Assembly: GCA_039621445.1 (NCBI GenBank)
Contig: CP154954.1
Span: 17,824,589-17,888,588 of the forward strand
DNA: 64,000 bases
Source: Euglena gracilis
Lineage: Eukaryota
Reading direction: 5' to 3'
Shown: piece after piece, positions 13,190 through 23,625 of the stretch
Numbering within the stretch: position 1 is the stretch's first letter
Layout of the letters: each line of letters starts with the position of its first letter
Translations under genes and position numbers: made by a program
Notes under the pieces: model-generated
What the model was told of the DNA's origin: nothing
The model's database searches: none
What the model saw: only the letters and a program-made list of their open reading frames with translations

Positions 13190-13585
13190 ACAGCAAAAAG
13201 GCTGTGATGGGCCACTTGGTCCCCCGGCACAACTCCTCCCCTCTGCCGAAAAATCGTGTTCCCTGAGGGAACGTGACTTGGCGCACTGCCAAGCCCCTGG
13301 CCTCCCTGTACCAACGCCGGCCCGGCCACCTGGGGATCACCAGGATGGCATGGGCCTGATCCCACCTTATTTTTTCGAGAACCTCCTGTATTTTTTTATA
13401 AGGTGGGTTGATCCACAAAACCTCCCTGCCCCAGTCCTGCTTGAAGGCATCTTCTCCCTCCCTGCTCCCTGGCCCCCACCAGCGGACGAACCTGCGGTTT
13501 TCTTTGGCAGAAAAGGCGTCGACCTCCGGCTGGACCCCCAGGCGGCGAAGTACGTCCCTGACGTACTGCCGGACGTGGTAGTCCT
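13190..13585 (-). CDS. N6-adenine (amino) DNA methyltransferase-like domain, Dam/DIRS-MT type
   Basis: DY...EVDAFSAKENRRF...DAFKQDW...WINPPY (NPPY at 13398-13409)...AILVIPRW. Same motif order as the DIRS MT domains in this window. Confidence 0.85.
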
Positions 13586-14256
13586 GGGGGATCAACCGGG
13601 TGGGCGACCTCCCAGACCCTGAGGAACGGGCTGGGAGTGGTGCTGGGGCTGGTTGTGGTGTGGGGGCTAAGGTGGAAGGTGCGGCCCTGACGCACCTCAC
13701 CTGGCGAATCGAAAAACCTGAATCCCTTTCCGTGCTGGGGGCGGTTTCATCCGTGCCTTTGCTGGTTTGGGGAACGTTGATGACCTCCCTCGCTGCCTCC
13801 CTGATTGATGCCTGTGGGAGCGTTTTGTTTTTTTCTTTTTCATTTTTTTGTTTTGTGTTTTCCCCTCCCTTCCTGGTGTTGTGATCTGCGGTAGACTGGG
13901 TGTGCTGGAACCCGAAGACCCCTGGGCGGCTTGCTGCGGAGGGCCAGCCGCCTTGTGTCCCTTCTCCCTTTGTCCCGTGCCTGGATTCTGACCCGAGCCC
14001 CCCCCCTGGACTGCCCTCACTGGTGAAAAGCGCAGACCAGGGGTTGGCAGAGTCGAATGAGAGGGCCTGCTGGCCCCCCCCTAGCGCCTTTTCGTGTCTC
14101 AGTCAGGGGGGGCTGGGGGGACCGTGCAGGTCCAGGTCCGGATCTGCCCTTGACCAAAACCCAACCCTCTCCGTGAGCCTGTTCCTTACCCCCCTTCCGA
14201 GGGCCGTGCTGGGGGCACCCTGGGCCCCCGTCCCCTCCCTTCTGGCCCCCGCTTTT

Positions 14257-16013
14257 TCAGGCACTCCCCCGCCGTGGGGGTGTGGACGCCCCCTTCCCCT
14301 TTCCCTTTCTACACCAGCAATATCGTGCCAGATGTCCCGTTTTCCCACACTCATAACATTTTTTTCCAGGGCATTCCCGAGACCAGTGATCTGTGGCCCC
14401 GCACTGGCTGCAGGGCTGGTCCACCGAGGGGCCACTCCGGGGGCTCCTCGGGGGGGTTTGTTCCCTGTTGGTGGCTGGGTGAGGGGTTGTGACCTGGCTG
14501 GGCAAAACTCTGAGCCGCCCTTGCCAGCCCCCTTGCCGAACCCCTTTCCCTTTTGCCCCGGGCGGGGTGACCTGCGTCCCTCCCGTCCCTTTCCAGGTGA
14601 CCCACCCCGGTGCCGAGATTGCCTGTCCTGTGGCCCCTCAGGGCCTTTGGGGGGTCCCGCTTTTGCTCCTCTCTCAGCTGGCTGTGAAACCGTTTTCTGG
14701 GGCTGGGCTGGCCTGGCTTCCTCGGATTTTACTTCGGAGATTGAAAAATTGTCGAGGCCCCCAGCCCAGTGGTCCTCCTGGTGGGCTGGGACCCCCCGTC
14801 CACCCCAAGAACGGCCATAGCTGTCAGACCGTTCCTGGCACCGCAGCTCATTTTCAGCGTGTCGAAAAACTTCTTCCAATCCCAGCTTTGTTTCGTGGGG
14901 GGTGATTTTCACTGTATTGCCCCCCTGCAGCGTGGCCCCGTTCCTCATCATCAGCCTCTCCAGCGCCCGCCGGCTGTAGAGCTTGATGAGGAAGGAGTCC
15001 CGGTGTGCCCTGACTGTCACCGGCTCCCCCTCACCCACAGCCTCCTGGGCGAGATGGTTTGCCTTTTCCGCCGTCAACCCAGGGATGTGCCACAGCCGCA
15101 CTGTGGGCGCATCCTGATTTTTCCGTGTCTGTTCCCTGATTATGGCCCTTCGCATGGAATCTGGGAGCTGCTGTAAAACCAGGGCCTGTGCTTCCTCCTC
15201 AGAGGGGTTTTCCATCCGGCAGAAAATTAATTTAAACTGACTTTCATATTCACGCCACGCTGGGAGGGTTAACTTACCCGTGTTAACTGGTCTGAGGGCC
15301 CTGAGCTGCTCATGCAGCGAGGCCTGGATGTCACCGCCGTATTTCTGGGCCAGCCAGTTCCAGAAATCCTGGAACCTGACCCGTTCCCCCATCTCCTGTC
15401 GCCGCTGGAGTTCCAGCCGGCTGCTGTGGTCCAGGCAGCCGGTCAGAACAAGCATTTTAAATTCCTCCCCCACTGGCTGTCCCATGGAAACCTGCTGCAT
15501 GTAAAGCTGAAATTTTACTGAAAAATCATGAAAATCCCCTTTCAGCTCTGGTTTTACAAGGTCTTTGGTGAGGAGTGTCGCCAGCGGCCCCAAAAACATG
15601 CTGGCTGCTGGGCTGGGGGCTGCTGGCGCCACGTGGACCGGAGCCGCCTGGACCCCCCGGACCCAGGCTCCCGTGTCCTGGGACCCAAAGGCCAGAGGGG
15701 CAGCGCTGCACGATGCTGCCCCAGCCTCAGGGGCCCAGGCGAAAGGGTCCATTGCCCCCGTGAACTCCCCTCCTGCAGGGAATCCACGGGGCTGGGGGGG
15801 CCACTGGTGTTCGGCTGGTGTCAGGCCAGGTTGATCCCTGCCCTGGCCCTGTAGATCTGCTGTGACTGATGCATATAGTTTAGCTGTCCTGGACTCTCCA
15901 GTTGTTCGTGAATTTTGCTGAGACTGTTGCTGCTGCTCCTGGGCTCCCAACCTGGCCAAAAAATTAAAAAATCCGTGAGCCTTAATCTGGTGTTCCGCTT
16001 CCTCCCAATCCAC
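14257..16013 (-). pseudogene. Gypsy gag with two CCHC zinc knuckles (frameshifted)
   Basis: Helical gag-like body in ORF 14103-16013; CSQCGATDHWSREC and CYECGKTGHLARYC in the overlapping frame 14257-14505. Confidence 0.8.
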
Positions 16014-18216
16014 CCCCTGGAACCCGAACGTGCCAGGTGTCTGGGCAGCTGGGGTCCCTCCAGCAGCGAGGACCTGGACGGGACTGCCCCCCCGCAGCCA
16101 TGGGACCCTGGGGCTGGCTGCCCCCCGCAGCCCTGGGACCCTGGGGCTTGCCCCCCGCAGCCCGTGGGGCCCTGGGGCAGACTGCCCCCCGCAGCCCTGG
16201 GACCCTGGGGCTGGCTGCCCCCCGCAGCCGTGGGGCCCTGGGGCAGGCTGCCCCCCGCAGCCATGGGACCCGGGGGCTGGCTGCCCCTTGGTCTCTGGGG
16301 GCCAGAACCCGAAAACCCATTGGGAAAAACTGCAGTCACAGAAGCTGGGCCCGGGGATACCACTTCCCCGGGCGTGTGGGCCACTGCCTCCGCTGCCCCG
16401 CTACTGGGGCCAGCAGAGAGCCCCTGGGGGGCCACGGGCCCCTTGCCTCCCAGCACGCTGGGATGGACTGGGAGCTGGTGCTGGGGGCCAGGAGGCATAT
16501 TGCCCCCCGCGGCACCCGAGCCATTGGCACTCTGGGCCCCCGGCGTGGACTGGGTCTGGGGGTCTGTGGTTGCCGGGGGCACTCTGGCTTCGGGGCCTCG
16601 GGGGTCCTCGCTCTCCGGCCCCACTCCTCTGGATGGCTGCGGTAGCTCCTGGATGGGGGGGCAAAAAATTTCAAAATTTTCGATTTTCTTTTCCAAAACG
16701 AAAAGCCGATTTTTTATTTCGGCATTTTCTTTTGGTGCCCCCTTTATTGTTGAGTCCACCTCCAGGAGCAGGGCGTTGTGGGCCTGGATCACCTGCCCGT
16801 GGGTGGTGACCTCGGCCCACAGCTCCTGCAGGCTGTGGCCCTGCCCCTCAGCCCTGGCCCTTAGCTCCCTTATGTATTCCCTTATGGTCCCTTGTTGTTC
16901 GGCCATGGCTGTGCCACGTCCTTCCCGCTCTGCTCGAAAATTTTGCAGGGCCTGTGCAATCCCTGCATTTCTTTCTCGCAGCCCCCCGAGTTCACCCGTC
17001 AGCTGGTTTAATTTTTGGTCCAGGGCCTCGGCCTGGGCCTGCTGCCGCCCGCTGGCCAGCTCCTGGCTCCTCATCACCTCCTCCGTCGTCCGGACGGAGG
17101 TGATGAGCAGCTCCTCAAAATTTTTCACCCGCCCAGCCATCGCCTCGTTGAACCCCTGCCCCTCAGCTGGCTGGTGACCCTGGCTGGCGATGGCCTCGAG
17201 CCCCTGGACCCTCTGGGCTAGTTGGGCCACAGTCCCGAGGCTTTCGCCCAGCCGGGTGGTGGTCACCAGCTCGCTCAGGGCTGTCATCCCCCCAGAAAAA
17301 ATTTTCCATCCGCTTCTGCTGCAGATTTTCGAAATTTTCCGCCAGCTGGGACGCTAGCCCAACATGGGTTCTTTCCATTTGCTGCACCACTCCTTGGAAA
17401 TTTTCAGTGACCCGCTGAAACTGCAGGGACACCAACTGCTCCAGGCGGCTAACTGAAGCAGCTGTGGTGGCCCCCGCTTCAGCAAGCCGACTTTGCAGGT
17501 CGCCAACCCAACCGTCCAACAGCTGGATCTCCTGACCCAGAACCACCGAGGCAGCGGCCTGTGCCTCCGCCTCCTCCCACAGCCTCTGGGGGGGGTGCCT
17601 GTGCCTCCCCTTCGGGCTCTGTTCTGGCACCAACCCCCCCTGGGCTGTCTGGTCCTCGTCCTCCATCAAATCCACTGCTGGGGGCTGCTCCTGCAGCTGA
17701 CACTGGGTGGCTGGGTCTGGGGCATGTCCTTGGGGCCAATCATGCCCGGGACCGGCATGCACCAGCGGGCAATGGTCGGGTCCTGCTGGGAAAAGCCCAG
17801 ACCTGACATGGCCCACCGGCGCATCTGCCGGCCCGGCATCCCCAGGGTTTTGCCATGGGGATCCCGCTTCAGTAAAAGCGGCTGGGTCTGGTTGAAAATT
17901 CCTCTTCATCTTCTTCTTCTGGTTCTTGCTCTTCTTCTTTGATCTTCCCCCGCATGGCGAATTGCCACATGACCTGCCTGGTCATGTCATGCACAAACTC
18001 CGGCATGACCAGGCTGGGCATGCCAGAGAGCAGTCCCAGGCTGCCGGGCAGTGCCAAGCCGGACCCAGAATATTGTTGCTGCTGGGGGTCCGGCTGGGCT
18101 GGCCAAGCAATGGCCAGGAGCTGCTGACCCTGGCCGTAACGGCTGGGGCTGCCATGGCTGTGGCGGGTGTCGTCCTCGTCCTCCTCCTGGTATCTGGGAG
18201 TTCCCCAGGGTCCCAT
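15821..18216 (-). CDS. Upstream coiled-coil/low-complexity ORF segments, probably an extended gag N-terminus broken by frameshifts
   Basis: Overlapping ORFs 17869-18216, 17163-17909 and 15821-17287 with long heptad-rich stretches. Confidence 0.5.
16084..16287. repeat. ~33-bp minisatellite (about 6 copies)
   Basis: Repeated ctgccccccgcagcc(c/a)tgggaccctgggg(g)ctgg units. Confidence 0.9.
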
Positions 18217-18230
18217 AGTGGGAGCTCACA

Positions 18231-18255
18231 GGGCTCAAACCCCCCTCTGCGACCA
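18231..18255 (-). promoter_or_regulatory. Primer binding site, probably initiator tRNA-Met
   Basis: TGGTCGCAGAGGGGGGTTTGAGCCC directly follows the 5' LTR and resembles the complement of the eukaryotic tRNA-iMet 3' end (TGGTAGCAGAGG...). Confidence 0.7.
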
Positions 18256-18961
18256 TGTGGGGGTTGCCCCTCTTGAAGTCCCTGGGGAGGGACCCCTGGC
18301 GGCGCAACCCGCGTAGGATCGTTTTTATTTGAGCCCGTCGGGCCCACCTGGTGGGGGGTTTCCCCTTGGAGGAAAAATGGGGTAGGGGTGGGTGTTGTTG
18401 AGGATGGTGATGTTGAAAATGACATACTTTTGAGGTCCAATCAATTGATCTTGGATGAATAACCAACAATAATCAATGACTTGAACTTGATTGTAATTTG
18501 AACTTTCCTTGATTTCTTTGTACTTTGAATTCGCTTTGCAATGCAAAACAATTGACGCCAAATGTCAGACAAAACAGAAGTGTGAACAGAGTGTAACAGA
18601 GCCCTGTGAACAGAAAATGTACAATTGGAGGGGAGCTACAGCTGGGGGGGGCTACTTGGTATACTTTGTGCAATTCTTAATGAATTGCGCCATCCCAAGT
18701 GCCCACCAAGGGGGTGCGCATGCTTGCGCAAAGCCCAGCAGGGCTTGCGCATCCCCTTGGGGGTTGCCTGTTGGCCCCCTCAAACTGCCCCCTCCTTTAC
18801 CTTTCCTTGGCTTGGTAAAAAATGGGCTGTGGGGCCCGATTGGGGGCCAGTGGGGCCTCAAAAGGCCCTTGGGGGCCTTGGAGCCCCCTCGCGGCCCTTC
18901 GTGGCCCCTTTGGGCCCCCTTGGGACCCCTCCTTGGGGCGGGCACCCTCGGACCGCGCACA
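18256..18961 (-). repeat. 5' LTR of the Gypsy element
   Basis: Direct repeat of 5282-5985, followed on the minus strand by the PBS. Confidence 0.95.
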
Positions 18962-19063
18962 CTTCGACTTCAAGAAGGAAGAACCCAACTCTTCGAGTTC
19001 AACTGGAATTATCCCAGAATATTTCAAATACGAAGACAAGTCACAACTGGACTTCCATGAGGA

Positions 19064-21926
19064 ATGAGCTGCAAAGAAATTGAGACTGCCAAGAAGAACT
19101 TCAACGAACTTTCAAGAAGACAGCTGAAGCTGGGGAACGTGGACACACAGCAGCTGCTGCAGAAGCTGATGAGGCGGCAGCAGCACGTCAGTCCGTGGCC
19201 ATCGCAACCCCCCCCCACCCCCCAGCACATCCAAAGTTTCAAATCCCCCCACTCAAAATGATGGCCATGGAACATGGACGACGGTGGTCAGAAAGAGAAG
19301 ACAGAGGGGGACTACCATCACAGGTCCAACAGACTCCACCCCTTTCCTCACTTCCTCCCCTTCCAGGCGAGAAAGCAAAGGCTATGGCAGCCTCTCAAGA
19401 AATATCAGAAATCCAAAGGATTCAAATCAAAATCAAGGCTATGGCAGCCATCATTCAACAGAGCCTGGGCCCCAGAATTATGGCTATGGCAGCCATCATC
19501 CAAGAGGGCAGGGGGCCCAGATGCAAGGCTATGGCAGCCTGTATCCCAACCTGGGAAGGTCACACTGGGGAAAGGTATGTCCAACTTACCCCACAGTCCT
19601 TCAGGGGAAGGCCAATGGAGGCCATTATATCCAAGAGGCCAATGGAGGCCCGGGCCAAAATATCAAGGCCAATGGAGGCCATTTCAATCAAAATCAGATG
19701 GCCATTGGAGGCCAATGCAGTCAAGACCACAGCCCTTGGGGGGGAGGCCCAAGATTGGCTACACCAGGGCCCCCCCAGAAGATAATCAGCCCACACCCCC
19801 CAGCTGTATATGTACCTCCCCACTGCAGAAACAGACCTTCCCCCATCTTTCAAAAACAGGGGCAAGGCCTGTCTTTGAGCAGCCCTACCCCACAGGTGAC
19901 CCCAGTGATGGGGCAGCCAGAGAGAACCCCAGTGATGGGGCAGCCAGGGGGAAGGACCCCAGTGATGGGGCCTGTGGAATCCCCAGACACATTACACCCA
20001 GGGGTGCCCCCTTTCAGAGCCCTGCAGGCCAGCATCCCCCATTGGGAAAAGGCAGGTGCCAGCAGAGAGGTATTAAACCTGATAAGGGAAGGGGTCATGG
20101 CAGATCTTCCCCTCCCCCCTCTAATGTCCTTAAAAGTTCCCTTCAAAACCCCCCAGGAAGTAATGACTGCCCCAAAAAATTCTGAGAGAATACGAATGTA
20201 CAGGGGCAACAAGGCAAATCCCCCCAGAGGAGGCAAAACATTTTGTCCCTTACTTCATCATTTCCAAAAAAGAAGGGGAAAAGACAAAGGAAAGACTGAT
20301 TTCAGATTGTCGACAGTTAAATCACTATTTCAACCCCCAGAAGTTCAGACTGGAACACATGGGAAACATTTTCCCGTACCTAAGAAAAGGATGGTTTTGT
20401 GGAAAGATTGATCTGAAAGATGCTTATTTTCACCTAAAACTGCACAGCAGCCTGGAAAAACATGTCTGCATGCAAGTGGGGGGGGGTCACTTGGCAGTTT
20501 CAAGCTGCATGCTTTGGTATAAGCAGCCTGCCACAGAAATTTATGACACTCATGAGAGTCTGGGAAAGAAAATTGAGAAAGGAAGGAAAGGTAGTTTTCA
20601 TCTACCTGGACGACATTTTGCTGTTAGCCCCCAGCAGAAAGACAGCAGCCCAGCATTTGGCAGAACAGAAATAAAGAGGGACCTTTTACTGGCAGGTTTC
20701 AGATTAAACCTCCCCAAATCCTGTCTGGAACCCACACAGGAGATAAAACATTTGGGCCAGTGGATCAATTTAAAAAAAGGCCAATTGGAAATTCCTCAGG
20801 AAAACCTGAAATCCCTAAGAAAGGAGCTAGGAAAAGTGCTCACAGCACAAAAAATGAGCTGCAGAAAACTCAGTTCTATTGTTGGACAAGTCAGAAGCTA
20901 TTTAGTTTCAATGCCTTTCCTCAGAATTCTGACAGATCAACTTTGCAAAATGGTGGATTTGCACACAAACTGGGTTTGGGATCACACCCTAACCATTCCC
21001 CAAGGGGTCAAAGATCAAATTCTGGAGTTAAAGGCATTTTTGCAGCCAGGTGTAGGCAGATCATTTCAATCACAGGCCTCTCAAAAACTCTTTTCAGACA
21101 GCAGCACCTGGCAATGGGGGGGGCTGGACAAAGATTCAGGCCAAAAGGTGCAAGATTTTTGGAAGGACTTACATGTCCTTCATATCAATCAAAAAGAATT
21201 GCATGCTGCAGTGGAAACAGTAACAGCACTAGCCAAGCCAAAACAAACGATTGTGCTTCATGTGGACACCCAGGTGGCTGTAAGTTATTTGACAAAGTGG
21301 GGAGGCAAAAAGCCCTACTTAAATTCCATCTTAAAACCCCTGCCGTATCATTGCCAAGAAAAGCAGATCAATTTGCAGGTGGTTTGGGTTCCCACAAAGG
21401 AACAATTGGCAGACTCCTTGACCAGGGAGCAAAAGGACCCAGGGGATTATACCCTCAATCTAAACATCTTTCACCAAATTCTTCAGTTTTTCAGAAAAAA
21501 CATAATCCCAGAGGTGGACATGTTTTGCACCCCCAACAACAAAAAATTTCCCCAGTTTGTTTGTCGATACCCCCACCAAGGGGCTTTGCTGGCGGATGCC
21601 TTAAAGGCAGATTTGAGGGGACTCCCCCCAGTTTAATGTAACCCCCCTGGAGCATCATTCCCCAAAGGGTTCAGAGATTAATGTTACACCCAGACCTAAC
21701 ATGTCTGTTGATCGTACCCCACTGGGCTTCAACATCATGGTGGCGCCAATTAATGTCAATCAGACAGCCAGGCAGCAAAGTTTTACTGGTACCCTCTTGG
21801 TGTCTGTTTACAAACTGCTGGGGGGATGAAATGCCCCCCCCAAGGTGGAACTTGGCCTGCTTGATTGTGTCAGGCAAATATTACAATCCCAGGAAGTTGC
21901 GATGCCCAGTATCGACACTTACATAA
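19064..21926 (+). pseudogene. DIRS-B RT/RNase H/adenine MTase polyprotein, disrupted
   Basis: Near-identical to the copy D ORF but split into several ORFs by frameshifts and stops. Confidence 0.88.
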
Positions 21927-22966
21927 AAAAACTGGGAAATGTCAAAAGATATGACTCAGCCTTCAGGGCCTTGGTGGGTCAATTGTTGCACAAAGGGGTG
22001 CCCCTGCAGGACTGCACAGTCCACCAGATGGCTGAGGCCATCCTTGGTTTGGCTGTTCACAGCCTCAACACTGCACGAAATGCATATGCAGCCGCATTGT
22101 TACTCCCAGGGTTTGGGTCATTGAGGTTTTCCCCTCTTTTGTCTCCATTGAAAAGGAGATGGAATTCCAATGTCTGCAAGTATGCCCATTTTTGGGACCC
22201 CACTGATTTGCTAGACAACATCATCAGAAATTCAAAACCCCTCTCAGAAAACTCTGTGAAAGAGCTCAGAAACAGACTCATCATCTGTTGGAGGCTTCTG
22301 GCCCTCCACAGGGGGGTTGATTTAGCCAGGACACAACGAAAAATCAGTTTCGTGGGAGAAAAAATTTTCATTTTGTTGCAAAGAAAAGGATGGCAGTTCC
22401 CAAGATGGGAGGAAGTTTTGAATTTACCACACAACCCCCTCATCAGCCCTTGGCATTTGTTGAAAGAGTATGCGGAAAGGACAGCCCCCATGGTTGGGCA
22501 CAAAAATAATTTGTTATGGTCTTTGGATGGTAAAATACCTTTGACGTCAGAAAGAGTGAATTCCTTTACCAAAGAAATTCTGCAAGAGGGGGGGGTGGAC
22601 ACCACCCACTTGAAACTCCACAGCACCAGAGGGGCTGGGGTTTTATGGTGCAAAAATGCTGGTTTACAAGTGGAGGAAGTCCAGCAATTGGGTCAGTGGA
22701 AAAATTTTGGGGCCTTCCAAGCTCATTATTTGAGGCTGGGAGTCGTATCAAAAATTCCAAATATTATGGCCCAAAGGGGGGTGCACAACTCCTCACCATC
22801 TCGCAGTGCGGAGCCCGAATGGTCCCGGACTCCCACGACAGAGGAAGGGGGAGGAAGGGACCAAGAGGGCGAAGCACAAGAAGATGGTGAGCCCAACCCC
22901 CCCACCCAAAAAATCAGCAGAAAAAGAAAAACATCACAACAAGAACGGGGTCCCCCGACCAAGTAG
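21902..22966 (+). CDS. DIRS-B tyrosine recombinase
   Basis: Catalytic R (LHRGVDL), HxxR (HSTRG), GQW and Y (AHYL) all present in one frame. Confidence 0.85.
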   Translation: MPSIDTYIKKLGNVKRYDSAFRALVGQLLHKGVPLQDCTVHQMAEAILGLAVHSLNTARNAYAAALLLPGFGSLRFSPLLSPLKRRWNSNVCKYAHFWDPTDLLDNIIRNSKPLSENSVKELRNRLIICWRLLALHRGVDLARTQRKISFVGEKIFILLQRKGWQFPRWEEVLNLPHNPLISPWHLLKEYAERTAPMVGHKNNLLWSLDGKIPLTSERVNSFTKEILQEGGVDTTHLKLHSTRGAGVLWCKNAGLQVEEVQQLGQWKNFGAFQAHYLRLGVVSKIPNIMAQRGVHNSSPSRSAEPEWSRTPTTEEGGGRDQEGEAQEDGEPNPPTQKISRKRKTSQQERGPPTK

Positions 22967-23625
22967 CCCCAACCACCCACCCAGAAACACACCAGAAAGA
23001 GACAGACATCCCTATCGAGGGGGGGGGGCCACCAAGCGGCCATGGGAGAGGGGGGGGGCAGGGCCACGACGGTTCAGCTTCGCCAAGGTGTCGGGCGAGG
23101 CCGACCATTCGGGCTCCGCACTGCGAGATGGTGAGGTCCTGCTTTCCTTGCCGGCTGTTCTGTTCTGGTGTGTTTGTGCGTGCGCGGGGGGGTGCTTCTT
23201 ACTGCTTTTTGTTGCCGGAGTGGGCTGATTCCTAATTCTGCCCTTCGACCTCAAGGAGAAAGACTTTCAACTCTACGAGTGCGGTCCAGACGGAAGACAA
23301 AGACATTAAAAAATCAAAACACGTGTTCAACGGACTTCAATGAAAGATGTGTTGGAAAAAATTTCATGCTGTCGAGAAGAAGTGGGAGCACAAGGAAGTC
23401 CAAGACAGACAGCTGAAGCTGGAAAACACCGAGGGGCTGCAGGCGCTGGAGCACCTGATGGAGCAGGGCCAACACGTCCGTCCGTGGCCGTCGCAACCCT
23501 CCCACTCCCCAGTTCGTCAGAAATTTCCTGTTTTCAGCAAAGCTTTTGTGACGGTCATGGACCCTGGACACTTGTGGTCAGAGTAAAGCGACGGAGAAGC
23601 CATCCAGGGCAAGGCTCATTGGGTC

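Larger units (their letters stand above)
5282..18961 (-). mobile_element. Ty3/Gypsy LTR retrotransposon (chromodomain integrase) with two DNA methyltransferase domains
   Basis: Two ~705-bp TG...CA LTRs, 4-bp TSD CTTC (5278-5281, 18962-18965), PBS, PPT, and domain order gag-MTase-MTase-PR-RT-RH-INT-chromodomain. Confidence 0.95.

Noticed and set aside
12428-13585. Bacterial restriction-modification system or contamination
   Set aside because: The MTases are embedded in the retroelement polyprotein between LTRs; no endonuclease or operon structure.
5805-17942. Many long Pro/Gly/Arg-rich alternative-frame and antisense ORFs
   Set aside because: Expected from high GC content and shadowing of the Gypsy ORFs; no motifs.
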